From Myxococcota bacterium (GTDB lineage Bacteria; Myxococcota_A; Polyangia; Polyangiales; Sandaracinaceae): 64,000 nucleotides of DNA. The position numbers and the translations under genes were made by a program. The stretch is taken from contig JAYZQJ010000191.1 of assembly GCA_036149055.1 (NCBI GenBank), positions 1-64,000 on the forward strand, read 5' to 3'. Of this stretch, positions 49,474 to 59,498 are shown in pieces. The notes beneath the pieces were generated by a model. That model saw nothing but the letters and a program-made list of their open reading frames with translations, was not told the DNA's origin and did not search any database. Positions within the stretch are counted from its first letter, which is position 1, and every line of letters begins with the position of its first letter.

Positions 49474-49639
49474 ACTCCAGGGCCGGCGGCGAAAGCGGCG
49501 CTCGCTCCGGGGCGCGCTGCCACGCCGCCACGTGCGGCCACCCCCGGCGGGGAGCGCGCCCGATCGGATCGGGACCCCCGCGGTCAGCTCGAAGCCGCTT
49601 GGCACGGGAGGTGATCCCCTCTTCGGGGCGGAGGTACAT

Positions 49640-50212
49640 TTGGACCATCTAGAGCTGAGAATCGACGAAGACGTCCCGGGCCGGGACCGCGCCGAGGCCT
49701 TGGTACGAGAGCAAGCGGCCAAGCTCGAGCGCCACACCGACAACGTCACGAGCTGCCACGTCGCGATCGAGCGACCGCACGCGCACCCGCAGAGCGGCTC
49801 GGACTATCGCGTCCGGGTGGAGGTCCGGCTCGCCGGGCAGCGCCCGTTCACCGTGCGGCGCGAGCCGGGTGACGGCGAGATCCACGACGACCTGAGCGTC
49901 GCGATCCACGACGCCTTCGCGTCCGCCGACCGCAAGGCCCGAGAGCTGCACCGCCAGCAGCAGGACCACCGCCCCTCGGCCGGTCAGCAGCAGGTGGGGG
50001 TCGTGCGCGACGTCGAGGACGACTTCGCCACGCTCCTGACCCCCGACGGCCGACAGGTCTTCGTCCCGCTCGTCGCCTCGGGCGGCGACGCGGCTCTCGA
50101 GCCCGGCATGGCCGTGGCGTTCCAGGACGCGGGTCACCGGGACGGCCAGCCCTGGGGAGACCAGCTCAGCGTCCTGGACGCGCGCACCGAGCCCCCTTTC
50201 GGAGAGGAATGA
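49640..50212 (+). CDS. HPF/RaiA-family ribosome-associated protein with a cold-shock-like C-terminal domain
   Basis: KLER...SCHVAIE.PH...YRVRVEV...AIHDAF; GGAGGT RBS before a TTG start. Confidence 0.7.
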   Translation: MDHLELRIDEDVPGRDRAEALVREQAAKLERHTDNVTSCHVAIERPHAHPQSGSDYRVRVEVRLAGQRPFTVRREPGDGEIHDDLSVAIHDAFASADRKARELHRQQQDHRPSAGQQQVGVVRDVEDDFATLLTPDGRQVFVPLVASGGDAALEPGMAVAFQDAGHRDGQPWGDQLSVLDARTEPPFGEE

Positions 50213-50216
50213 TCTG

Positions 50217-51380
50217 ATGTTCACCATGCTCAGCCGAGCCAAGCTCGAAGCCCTCGTGAAGGCCGACGAAGGCCCCTGGGTCACCCTGTCGACGCCGCTC
50301 CACGGCGGCGGCCCGTTCACCAAGGAGGACACGCTGCGCTTCCGTCACCTCGTCGACCGCGCGCGCGAGCAGCTCGAGGCGCGCGCCGACGTCAACGGAG
50401 AGGCGCAGGTCATCGTGGAGGAGCTCGAGGACATCCTGAACGACCGCGGCGTCTTCACCGCGGGCGCGCGCGGCCTCATCGTGCTGGCGAGCCCGATGCG
50501 GGCCGAGCTGTGGCACGTGCCCGAAGAGGTGGAGGAGCGGGCCATCGTCGACGCCCGGCCCCACGTCGAGACGCTGCTCCCGCTGACCGCGAGCTCGTCG
50601 CATTTCTACGCCGTGAGCCTGACCCTTCACGGGACCCGGCTCTTCAGCTGCGACCGCCACGAGGCGCGCGAGCTGCCGCTGCCCGACGACGCGCCGAGCC
50701 GCCTCGAGGACGCGGCCGGCTGGGAGACCGAGCCGCAGCACCTGCAGTACCACCCCACGACCCCCATCGGCGGCTCGCCGCGCAACGGCGTGCCCATCTA
50801 CCACGGGCAGGGCGGCGGCATCGACGACCGCGACGTCGACATCGTCAAGTACCTGCGCGCCATCGACGCCGCGCTCTGGGAGGCGATCCCCCACCGCGAC
50901 GCGCCGATCGTGCTGATGGCGACCGAGAAGGTGGAGGGCCTCTTCCGCGGCGTGACCCGGCTCCCCCGGCTGTGCGACGCGTTCGTGCACGGGAGCTTCG
51001 GCGCCGCGGAGCCCGCGGAGATCCACGCCCGCGCGTGGCCGGTCGTGGAGCCGCTCTTCGCCCACCGCCTGATGAACGACGTGCAGCGCCTGCGGGACGC
51101 GCGCGGGACCGGGCTGGCCCTCGAGCGGCTCGACGAGGTGGTGCTCGCGGCCTGGGACGGCCGGGTCGACACCCTCTTCGTCCGCCGACGCGGCGCCTGC
51201 GCCGGGGTGCTCGACGAAGAGCGGCGCAAGGTCATCCTCGGCGACGACGTGCCCGGGCAGGTCACCGACCTGTGCGATCGTGCGGCGGCCGACGCGTTCG
51301 CCAAGGGCGCCGTGGTCCACGTGGTCGACGAGCTCCACATGCCCTTCGAGGGCCCGGTGGCGGCCATCCTACGCTGGTGA
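50217..51380 (+). CDS. Bacterial archaeo-eukaryotic release factor family (baeRF3/7-like) protein
   Basis: YHGQGGG, YLRAIDAAL, AAWDGRVDTLFV, C-terminal VAAILRW. Confidence 0.75.
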   Translation: MFTMLSRAKLEALVKADEGPWVTLSTPLHGGGPFTKEDTLRFRHLVDRAREQLEARADVNGEAQVIVEELEDILNDRGVFTAGARGLIVLASPMRAELWHVPEEVEERAIVDARPHVETLLPLTASSSHFYAVSLTLHGTRLFSCDRHEARELPLPDDAPSRLEDAAGWETEPQHLQYHPTTPIGGSPRNGVPIYHGQGGGIDDRDVDIVKYLRAIDAALWEAIPHRDAPIVLMATEKVEGLFRGVTRLPRLCDAFVHGSFGAAEPAEIHARAWPVVEPLFAHRLMNDVQRLRDARGTGLALERLDEVVLAAWDGRVDTLFVRRRGACAGVLDEERRKVILGDDVPGQVTDLCDRAAADAFAKGAVVHVVDELHMPFEGPVAAILRW

Positions 51381-51494
51381 CCTCTCGCCGGCCGACCCTC
51401 GCAGCGACGTGTACATGGTGCACGTCGCTTTTTCATGCGTTGCGGCTGCACGCTCCTACACTGTGTGCTAGATGCCGCCCCCGAGGGGGTCGAG

Positions 51495-53225
51495 ATGACC
51501 GAAGAGTTCGACGAGGCGGCCGCGATCAAGGGGACGGGCGCCGGCAAGGCGATGCTGGGGGTGGGCCTGGTGGTCCTGCTGCTCGGGGGCGGCGGGGCCG
51601 CGGCCTGGTGGCTGACGAGCGAGCCGAACCGTGACCCGACGCGGGTCCTGGTGGTGCGCGACGGCGCGGTGCACGAGCACTTCGACGAGCCCTTCGCGCG
51701 GGCCTTCGGGCGGAAGCTCGAGGACCACGGCTTCGACGTCGTGGAGAGCGAGGCGCCGCTCACCGCGGAGGGCGACGCCGCGATCGCGGAGGCGCGGGCG
51801 CGGGCCACCGAGGTCGAGGCGGCCACGGCGGTGATCCTCCGCTTCGGCGTGGACGACGAGCGGGCCGGGGTGCTCGAGGGCCAGCGCCTCTACCGGCCGC
51901 ACCTCGAGGCGGTGGTGGTCCCCTACGAGGGCGAGACGATCGCGCACTCGGGGGAGTTCGCGTACGAAGGCGTCAGCGCGCTCGAGGTCGCCAGCAACGT
52001 GCAGGCCACCTGGCTCGACACGGTCGCGCCCGACACCATCGACGCCCTCTACCGGACCGCGCCGGTCCGCGAGATCCTCGACGGCCGCGACCTGGCGATG
52101 GACCGCATGCAGCACGTGGTCTCGCTGCGCGACAAGCAGGCGATGGTCGAGCGGCGCCAGGAGCAGCTCGCCTCGTTCCGGCAGGAGTGCCAGCTGGCGC
52201 GGCAGCGCATGATCGACACCGCGAGCGGCGAAGACGGGGTCACCTGCCTCGGCGACCCGTGCCGGCCCTGGAGCACGGTGGGCGTCAGCCCGGACGGGCA
52301 GACCGCCTACGTGCACGAGAGCTACCGCGAGCCGATCGTCGAGCACGTCGACAGCGGCCGGATGCGCTGGACCGAGCCGCCCGAGGGGGTCTACGCCCTG
52401 CCGCTCGCCGAGGGTGGGGAGCCGCGCCCGCTGCTCCGGGTCGGCCACTTCTACAGCCTCGCCACGATGCGCGCGGACGGCAGCGCGCTGTCGGCCGCCT
52501 TCTTCGCCGACGGGACGCCGGCCGTCGTCACGCTCGACCCGGCGACCGGCGAGTGGCCGGGGCGCTGGCTCCTCGAGGCCAACGAGCGCGTGCTCCGCAA
52601 GGAGCCCTCCGCTGACCGGCGCCACGCGCTGGTGTACCGGCGCCGCGAGGGCTGGGCGCTGCTCGGCGAAGGCGAGCCGGTGGTGATGCCGACCTTCGAG
52701 GACGCCAAGCTGGTCGACTTCCCCGACGGCGAGACGCGGGTGGTCGGCGTGCTCGAGTCGGGCGAGCTGATGGTGGTCGGGCTCGACGCGGCGCCGGGCG
52801 AGCAGCGCTTCCCGATCGAAGGGCGGGTGACGATGCTCGACCCGCACGAGGGCCGCATCGACATCATGACCCGGGTCGGTCGGCAGTGTTCGATCGTCCG
52901 CTTCGATCTGGCCGAGCGCACCCTGTCCGAGCCGACGCCGCTGCCGATCTGCATGGGCGACGTGACGAGCCTCGCCGACGGTCGCCTGGTCGGCGGCGCG
53001 CGTCACACCGTCCCGGGCGACGCCCCCGGCGACTGGGAGATCCTGGTGGTGAACCCCGAGGACCAGAGCGTCACCCAGCTCACGCGCAACGGCGAGACCG
53101 ACGAGATCCCGCACGTGAGCGCCGACGGCTCGCGCGTGGTGTGGTCGCGCCGCATCGGCGACTGGCCGGAGGGCTGGGACATGCGGCTGTACCGCCGCGT
53201 GGTCTGCTACGCGGACATGCCCTAG
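51495..53225 (+). CDS. Membrane-anchored protein with a TolB-like beta-propeller
   Basis: N-terminal TM helix; VSPDGQ, TQLTRNG...PHVSADGSRVVW. Confidence 0.65.
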   Translation: MTEEFDEAAAIKGTGAGKAMLGVGLVVLLLGGGGAAAWWLTSEPNRDPTRVLVVRDGAVHEHFDEPFARAFGRKLEDHGFDVVESEAPLTAEGDAAIAEARARATEVEAATAVILRFGVDDERAGVLEGQRLYRPHLEAVVVPYEGETIAHSGEFAYEGVSALEVASNVQATWLDTVAPDTIDALYRTAPVREILDGRDLAMDRMQHVVSLRDKQAMVERRQEQLASFRQECQLARQRMIDTASGEDGVTCLGDPCRPWSTVGVSPDGQTAYVHESYREPIVEHVDSGRMRWTEPPEGVYALPLAEGGEPRPLLRVGHFYSLATMRADGSALSAAFFADGTPAVVTLDPATGEWPGRWLLEANERVLRKEPSADRRHALVYRRREGWALLGEGEPVVMPTFEDAKLVDFPDGETRVVGVLESGELMVVGLDAAPGEQRFPIEGRVTMLDPHEGRIDIMTRVGRQCSIVRFDLAERTLSEPTPLPICMGDVTSLADGRLVGGARHTVPGDAPGDWEILVVNPEDQSVTQLTRNGETDEIPHVSADGSRVVWSRRIGDWPEGWDMRLYRRVVCYADMP

Positions 53226-53231
53226 GGAGGC

Positions 53232-53861
53232 CTAGTTGAGGTGGATCGTCTCGCCGTTGACGACCACGTCGTCGCTGGCCTTGATCCGCGCCTGACCGCG
53301 CTTGGCCTCGAGCTCGATGGACTGGGCGCGGACCCGCATCTTGCCGGGGAGGTCGAGGTCGACGTCGTCGGTGAGGATGCGGATCACCGGCTTGCCCTCC
53401 TCCTCGAAGACCTCGATCAGATCCTCGCCGCCCGCGGTCTGCACGCGGACCGCCTCGTCGCGCTTCAGCTCGAGCGCCGCCTTCGTCTCCCGCGGCGCCT
53501 CGGGCCGCGCGGCGAAGCCGTCGATCACGCCGGTGACGACGTACTCGGGCCAGTTGGTCGCGCGGGTCATCAGCACGCGGTCGGATACGCGGACCGGGAG
53601 GCTCTGCAGGGTCGGGAGCCACTTCTCGAAGGTCTGGCCCTCGAGGTCCTGCCAGCGCACCCGCACGCGCCCGCGGAGAGAGGGGTGACGGTCGTCGACG
53701 ACCTCGCCGACGAGGCTCTCGGTGGCGCCCGCCGGCTGGAGGATGCGCTGCGGCGCGGGGGCGCTGGCGCTCTCGAGCATCTCGTCGAGCGCGCTCTTCT
53801 CCTCGGCCTCGGTCGACTCTTCTTCGGCCTGTCGGTTCTTCATCGGCTGCTCCATCGTCAT
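53232..53861 (-). CDS. Small spike/baseplate-like protein (Gp5/GpV-type OB-fold plus short beta-helix)
   Basis: VGEVVD...GRVRVRW...DRVL...VVTGVI; C-terminal VVVNGETIHLN; located in the VgrG cassette. Confidence 0.55.
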   Translation of the reverse strand: MTMEQPMKNRQAEEESTEAEEKSALDEMLESASAPAPQRILQPAGATESLVGEVVDDRHPSLRGRVRVRWQDLEGQTFEKWLPTLQSLPVRVSDRVLMTRATNWPEYVVTGVIDGFAARPEAPRETKAALELKRDEAVRVQTAGGEDLIEVFEEEGKPVIRILTDDVDLDLPGKMRVRAQSIELEAKRGQARIKASDDVVVNGETIHLN

Positions 53862-53868
53862 GCGCGCG

Positions 53869-56800
53869 TCATCGCCGGGTCAGCCCGCAGGTTGCGGGCA
53901 GCGCGGTGAATCGAGTGGGGGAGGGCGGGAGGAGGCGCGACGGGCGCCAGCGCTCCCACGGCCCCCAGAAGAGGGCCTCGGGGTCGGGCAGCGTGATCTT
54001 CGCTGCCTCCGGATCGAAGCGCGCGCGGGGACCGGCGCCGCCGTCGCCCCGGTCGAGCGCGGTGACGAAGCGCTCGAGCAGCTCCGCCTCGAGCCGCTCG
54101 CTCGACAGCTCGCCGAGGAAGGCGTCGTAGCCGCGTCCCAGCCCGAGCGGGCTCGCCTCCGAGAACGGGTCGAGCACGTAGCCGTAGAGGTCGGTCCCCC
54201 CGGCGACGCCGAGCGGGCTCGCGCTCAGGTAGCTGCCGGTCTCGGGGTCGTAGACCCGGAGCCACGCGTGCTGGAGCCTGGTGTCGGGGTCCTCGAAGTG
54301 GCCGGGGAAGCGCCACGGGCAGCGCACCTGCTCCACGTCGAGCGACATGGTGCCGAACACGTCGAGCTCGCCCTTCCAGGCGACGTTGCCCTTCGCGTCG
54401 GTCAGCTCGGTGGGCACGCCGATCGGGTCGGTCAGCACGGCGTGGGCGGAGCCGGGGCCGAGGCGTCCGACGAGCTGGCCGGCCTCCCAGATCCAGCTCA
54501 CCACCGCGCCGTCCTCGATCTCGTGCAGCAGCGTGAGCCCGTCCCAGACGTACTCGGTGGTGCTCACCGGCTCCCACACCGGCTCGTCGAGGCCCTCGAT
54601 CTCGACCCGCGTCTCGCGGCGGCGCGCGACCCTCCGGCCCAGGCCGTCGTAGTCGTAGGTGACGCGCTCGTCGTCCGACAGCCACACGCTCGTGAGGCGG
54701 CCGGCCCCGTCCCAGCGGTAGCGGGTCTCGTCGCCGATCGCCGTCTTCTTGGAGACGCGCCGGCCCTCCGCGTCCCAGCCGTACTCGTTGCCGTAGCTCT
54801 CGGCGACGCGGAGGCCGTCGTAGCGCACGTCGTCCCGGCCCTCGGCGCGGAACACCCGGCCGACCTCGTCGAGCGCCCGCACCAGGGGGCCGACCTGCAC
54901 GAGCCGTCCGCGCGCGTCGTGACGATGGGTGGCGCCGCCGCGGCGCACGAGCGTCGCCTCGCCGTGCCAGGCGAAGTCCATCGACGCGAGCGACCGCTCG
55001 CCGAACCTCACCTCGCGCCGGACCGCGCGGCCGAGCCCGTCGCGCTCCCAGCGGAGCGACAGCCCGCCCGGCAGCTGCCGCACGCGCTCACGCCCCCGCG
55101 CGTCCCGGTCGAAGCGGAGCTCGAGGGTCTGCTCCCCCTGGGTCGCGACCAGCTTCGTCGCCGCGCCGAGCGCGTCCCGCTCGATCCGGACCTGCAGCCC
55201 GAGGCTGGAGTCGTAGGCCACGCGATCACCGCGCGGGTCGTAGGTGGAGCGCACCTCATGCTGCTCGAAGCGCTCGCTCGTGGGCCGGCCCTCGCCGTCG
55301 TGCTCGAGCGTGAGCACCCGGTCGGCGTCCTGCGCCCGCGCGAGCTTCCCGCCCGGCGTCCACGCGAAGCGCTGGAAGCTCCCGTCGCCGTGCTGGAGCT
55401 CCACCGGCCGCCCGGCGCGATCGCGCTCCACCTCGGTGCGCGAGGCGCCCCGCATCGCGCGCCTCACGAGGCCGCGGTGGTCGCGGAGCGCGTGGCGCTT
55501 CTCCTCGGAGAAGCCGCTCTCCTCGGTCACCCGCCCGGCCGCGTCGCGCACCAGCTCCCAGAAGTCGAAGGCCTCGGACTCGACCATCTTCACGCGGCCC
55601 TCCGCGTCGTGGTGGAGCCGGGCCCCCTCGCCGCCCTGGGCCACCTGGGTGAGCCGCCCGAGATCGTCGCGCTCGAGGCGCAGATCGCGCGCCCCGTCGT
55701 GCAGCCGCGTGACCCGGCCCTCGGTGTCGTTCTCGTAGGTGCGGCGCACCGACTCGGGCAGGTGGAGATCGGCGACCCGTCCATCCGGCGCGTAGCGGAC
55801 CGTCGTGATCTGCCCGAGCTCGTCGGTGAGATCGGTGGGCCGCCCGAGCGCGTCCCGCGACGCGTGCCGCGCGCCCGCGGCCCCGATGATCGACGTCGCG
55901 GCGCCCGACGCGTCGCGCTCGATGGCGAGGCGCGTCTCTCCCGGCAGTAGCAGCGACCGGAGCGGTCCCTCGCCCTCGTAGTCGAAGACCACGCTCCCGC
56001 CGCAGCGATCCACCGCCGCGCCGAGCCGACCGAGGTGATCCCACGAGCGCTTGCGCGCCTGCCCGTCGGCGTCGGTCTCCTTCGTCATCCTCCCGGCCGG
56101 GTCGTGCTCGAGCGCGATCGAGCCGGCGTCGGGCCCGCTCACGTCGGCCAGGTGGTAGGCGGCGTCGTAGAGGAAGGTGGTCTCCCCGTCGACGGTGGTC
56201 TGCGAGGCGAGGAGCCCGGAGCTCTCGTCGAAGACCCGCGCGGTCTCGTTCGCGAAGCGGTCGAGCACCCGGTCGACCTGGTAGGCGGGCGTGGCGCGCG
56301 CCGAGAAGGAGCTGCCGTTCGCGTCGACGATGCCGATCACGCGATCGTCTTCGCTCCACAGGTACTCGCGCTGCTTCTCGTCCTCGCCCCACCGCTCGCC
56401 GACGCAGCGGGCGCGCGCCCCCTGCCCGTCGTAGGTGAAGCGCCGGACGAGCCCGTTCGGCAGCTGCTGCTCGGTGAGCAGGCGCGCCTGGTAGCGATAG
56501 CGCGTCGCGCGGCTCCGCCCGTCGACGGCCTCGCGGAGCTGGCCCGAGACGTCGATCTCGTAGCGCGCCGCGACCGTGTGATCGGCGCCGTCGCGGGTCG
56601 GCGCGAAGACGCGGGTGAGCCGGCCGCGCTCGTCGTGCTCGAAGCGGACGTGCCGGCCGCCGGGCAAGACGAGGCGGTCGAGCCGCCCGTGCGTGTCGTA
56701 GCGCACGTCGAGCGCGCTCCCGTCGGCGGCCCAGATGCGGGTCAGCTTCGCGCGCGCGGCGCCGACCGAGACGCTCTCCGCGATCGACGTGAAGCCGAAG

Positions 56801-58443
56801 CGCTGGCCGGCGGCCGTCCGCACCTCGTAGGCGTCCGACGCGACCCGGAGCAGCGTCACGCCGACGTTCGGGTGGTGCACGCTCGCGCCGAGCCCGAGCT
56901 CGCCCCCCGGGAGCGGCACGCCGATCTCGCGGCCGTCCTCCATGCGATGGAGGATCCAGCCGTCCTGCACCCACACCGCCTGCTCCAGGCAGTGCGACCA
57001 GCCGAGCCCCAGCGCGCCGGCTCGCCACGCCATCGACGAGGAGTAGAAGCGCCGGAACGCGAAGCCCGCCGGCCCCGCGAGCTCCCAGTCCGTCTCGGTG
57101 AGCAGCAGCCGCCCCGCGATCGGGTCGACGTCGCCCAGCCCCACCGCGTCTTCGTGCGCGACCTGATCTCGCTCACGCCGGGGCCGATCCTCGGGGAGGA
57201 GCGCGCCCATGATCTCGACGTAGCCGGGCTCGCCCGGTCGCCGCCGCTGCGGCCGCACGTCGAGCTTCCCCTCCGCCTCGAGCTGCTTGATCTTCGGATA
57301 GATCGGCTCGGGCGTCTCGAACGGGATCGGGTGGCCGTCGACCCAGAGGGTGATCGGGATCTCGCCGTGGATGCCCGGGAAGAACGCGCGCGGCATGTCC
57401 TCGCGGATCCCGGCCCACGTGATCTCCACCTTCTCCTCGTGCGGCGTGATCACGACGTGGAGGATCTTGGCCTCGACGAGCTGCCGGTCCCCCTCGACCT
57501 CGATCTCCATCTTCGGGAAGCGCGGGATCGTGAACGTCATCCGCTCGCGCTCGGGGTGCATGCCCACTACCTCGATCGGCGTGCCCTCCTTCAGGTCGGA
57601 GAACGTCATCCCGAGCGAGGCCTCCTGGTAGTAGACCGGCGGGATCGCCTTCCCGGTGGTGATGTCCCCCGCGAGCTCCCGCCAGCGCTCCGGCGCGAGC
57701 CCCCGGCGCACCTCCTCCAGCAGCTCGCCGTCCGGCACCGGGAACCACGGCTTCGCGCCCACGTAGTAGCCCCGCGGGAACATCGCCGGGTAATGCCAGT
57801 CGAGAAACCAGGGCAGCGGCTGCCGATACCAGAGCGCCGGATCCTTCACGATCAGGTTCTCGGCCGTCAGCAGATGGTCCGGATCCTCGAGGTTCGGCAG
57901 CTCCACCCCGTCGATGGGCGAGTCGACGACGAGGTAGCCCTTACCGGACTGATTGCGGGGATACATGCCTGGATGGTCAGCCTTGAGGCGCAACAACTCC
58001 CAGAAGCTCTGCGGAGACGGCACCGGTACCCGTTCATCCACGCCGCCGTATGAGTTTCTGTAGCTCAGCTCGATCTCGGAGAACTCGTCCGGCTGGCTCA
58101 GACGTGGCTGGCCGTCGGTCCACTCCACCCACCTGTCGCCGAAAACCGCCACCCTCTTCTTCGAGCGACCTATCCGAACCTCGACCTGATGCCGACGAAC
58201 CAGTCGGCCAGCGGGGGCGAAGGCTTTACCCTGGACCACGACATCCGCGGTGGCCTTGAAGGGCCAGTAATCCGAGCCCGGCGGCCAACTCGAGGTGTCC
58301 TCGGCATTGCGAACGTCTCGCGCCAGCCGGGTGTCGAGTCTCCTACCGTCCGCGCTGACCGCTCTCTTGCAGGTCGCCCAACATCGCTGAGGCGCGCCCA
58401 TGGCGGGCGACAGCCAGACCACTCCATCCGTCTCGGTGTTCAT
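53869..58443 (-). CDS. DUF2169-like domain fused to an RHS/YD-repeat core with a short C-terminal tail (alternative start at 58494)
   Basis: DYWPFKATADVVVQGKAFAP, VFGDR, YGG, LPNLEDP; DUF6531-like VDPIAG...FRRFYSS...GLGWSH; YD repeats; WRFPGHFED...RVYDPETG; ATGA coupling at 58443. Confidence 0.85.
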   Translation of the reverse strand: MNTETDGVVWLSPAMGAPQRCWATCKRAVSADGRRLDTRLARDVRNAEDTSSWPPGSDYWPFKATADVVVQGKAFAPAGRLVRRHQVEVRIGRSKKRVAVFGDRWVEWTDGQPRLSQPDEFSEIELSYRNSYGGVDERVPVPSPQSFWELLRLKADHPGMYPRNQSGKGYLVVDSPIDGVELPNLEDPDHLLTAENLIVKDPALWYRQPLPWFLDWHYPAMFPRGYYVGAKPWFPVPDGELLEEVRRGLAPERWRELAGDITTGKAIPPVYYQEASLGMTFSDLKEGTPIEVVGMHPERERMTFTIPRFPKMEIEVEGDRQLVEAKILHVVITPHEEKVEITWAGIREDMPRAFFPGIHGEIPITLWVDGHPIPFETPEPIYPKIKQLEAEGKLDVRPQRRRPGEPGYVEIMGALLPEDRPRRERDQVAHEDAVGLGDVDPIAGRLLLTETDWELAGPAGFAFRRFYSSSMAWRAGALGLGWSHCLEQAVWVQDGWILHRMEDGREIGVPLPGGELGLGASVHHPNVGVTLLRVASDAYEVRTAAGQRFGFTSIAESVSVGAARAKLTRIWAADGSALDVRYDTHGRLDRLVLPGGRHVRFEHDERGRLTRVFAPTRDGADHTVAARYEIDVSGQLREAVDGRSRATRYRYQARLLTEQQLPNGLVRRFTYDGQGARARCVGERWGEDEKQREYLWSEDDRVIGIVDANGSSFSARATPAYQVDRVLDRFANETARVFDESSGLLASQTTVDGETTFLYDAAYHLADVSGPDAGSIALEHDPAGRMTKETDADGQARKRSWDHLGRLGAAVDRCGGSVVFDYEGEGPLRSLLLPGETRLAIERDASGAATSIIGAAGARHASRDALGRPTDLTDELGQITTVRYAPDGRVADLHLPESVRRTYENDTEGRVTRLHDGARDLRLERDDLGRLTQVAQGGEGARLHHDAEGRVKMVESEAFDFWELVRDAAGRVTEESGFSEEKRHALRDHRGLVRRAMRGASRTEVERDRAGRPVELQHGDGSFQRFAWTPGGKLARAQDADRVLTLEHDGEGRPTSERFEQHEVRSTYDPRGDRVAYDSSLGLQVRIERDALGAATKLVATQGEQTLELRFDRDARGRERVRQLPGGLSLRWERDGLGRAVRREVRFGERSLASMDFAWHGEATLVRRGGATHRHDARGRLVQVGPLVRALDEVGRVFRAEGRDDVRYDGLRVAESYGNEYGWDAEGRRVSKKTAIGDETRYRWDGAGRLTSVWLSDDERVTYDYDGLGRRVARRRETRVEIEGLDEPVWEPVSTTEYVWDGLTLLHEIEDGAVVSWIWEAGQLVGRLGPGSAHAVLTDPIGVPTELTDAKGNVAWKGELDVFGTMSLDVEQVRCPWRFPGHFEDPDTRLQHAWLRVYDPETGSYLSASPLGVAGGTDLYGYVLDPFSEASPLGLGRGYDAFLGELSSERLEAELLERFVTALDRGDGGAGPRARFDPEAAKITLPDPEALFWGPWERWRPSRLLPPSPTRFTALPATCGLTRR

Positions 58444-59495
58444 AGCAGCGGTAGGTCCTCCCACCCGGTACCTTCGGAGACGGGGTTCGACCATCCTCCC
58501 GCATCCCCCTGCAGGTCTGCCGGTCGCTCCCCGCCACGTGCGACCCCGTCAGCGTGCGCCCCGTAAGAGCCCACCCCCGCGGAACCGTCCATGGTCCAGT
58601 GACCTGGTCTCCCGTCGCGACCGGGATGCCACGTTCCGCCAGCCTGCCCATGCACATTGCCAGCGTCGGGCCCGATTCGTCCTCCCGCAGAGCCTCGGAC
58701 CTCGCGTGAGTCCCCGTCCCGGCTGATGCCGACGCCAACTTCCCCGAGATGGCCGCCGACAGGCTTGTACTCGAACCCGACGTCTCCTCGGTATCCTCCG
58801 AGATCCTGGAACGCGATTCCCACGAGCGCAGCGGCGAGCGCTCCGAAGTCGGGGATGGGCGACACATCGAGCAGCCCGTACGACCCAGGGTCGAAGTTCA
58901 CGGCGTCCTTTCCGCCAGCAGCTGCTCTGAGGGCGGAGAGCACCATCGTGACGAGCGTATCCACCCAGCCCATGACCAGGTCGGCTGTGTGCATCCCCAC
59001 CATGAGGCTGTTGAGCCAGAACGCCGAACCCGTCCCGCTCGTGGGTGATGGGATATCTCCGCATACAAGCAGCGGCGTGGGCACGACCGCCCAGTCCACC
59101 ATCGTCATGCAGGCCACGGCCGCACCGTTGGCTTTCACCTCTCCGGCCCTGAACTTGGCTTTTCGGGAGGAGCTGAGAAGGTGGATCGGCATCAACAGAT
59201 CGACGGGAGGGTCGATGGAGAGATGGAAAATGAGAGGGCCGCAATCATGCTTCTCGAGCCCGAACCAGACATGGTTATGGTAGACGGTGCTAGTTAGCTT
59301 GTTTGCGCCGAGCAAGAATCCTGGCGGCCACAGTACTGGGACCGGCGCTTCCACGGATAGCGACAGTGGCTTCGGCACGAAGAACGGTGGTGCGGCCGTC
59401 AAGAGAAGGTGGTTGTGAACCGAAGGCTGGGCACCGATGTAGTCGAGAAACGCGGTGAGGTCCCAAACGACCGAGACATGGTTGGGAAATCTCAT
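58440..59495 (-). CDS. Hypothetical protein with a possible PAAR-like N-terminal domain and Gly-rich C-terminus
   Basis: TSTVYHN...HDCG...H...EVKANGAAVAC; position between two DUF2169 genes. Confidence 0.55.
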   Translation of the reverse strand: MRFPNHVSVVWDLTAFLDYIGAQPSVHNHLLLTAAPPFFVPKPLSLSVEAPVPVLWPPGFLLGANKLTSTVYHNHVWFGLEKHDCGPLIFHLSIDPPVDLLMPIHLLSSSRKAKFRAGEVKANGAAVACMTMVDWAVVPTPLLVCGDIPSPTSGTGSAFWLNSLMVGMHTADLVMGWVDTLVTMVLSALRAAAGGKDAVNFDPGSYGLLDVSPIPDFGALAAALVGIAFQDLGGYRGDVGFEYKPVGGHLGEVGVGISRDGDSREVRGSAGGRIGPDAGNVHGQAGGTWHPGRDGRPGHWTMDGSAGVGSYGAHADGVARGGERPADLQGDAGGWSNPVSEGTGWEDLPLL

Positions 59496-59498
59496 GTG

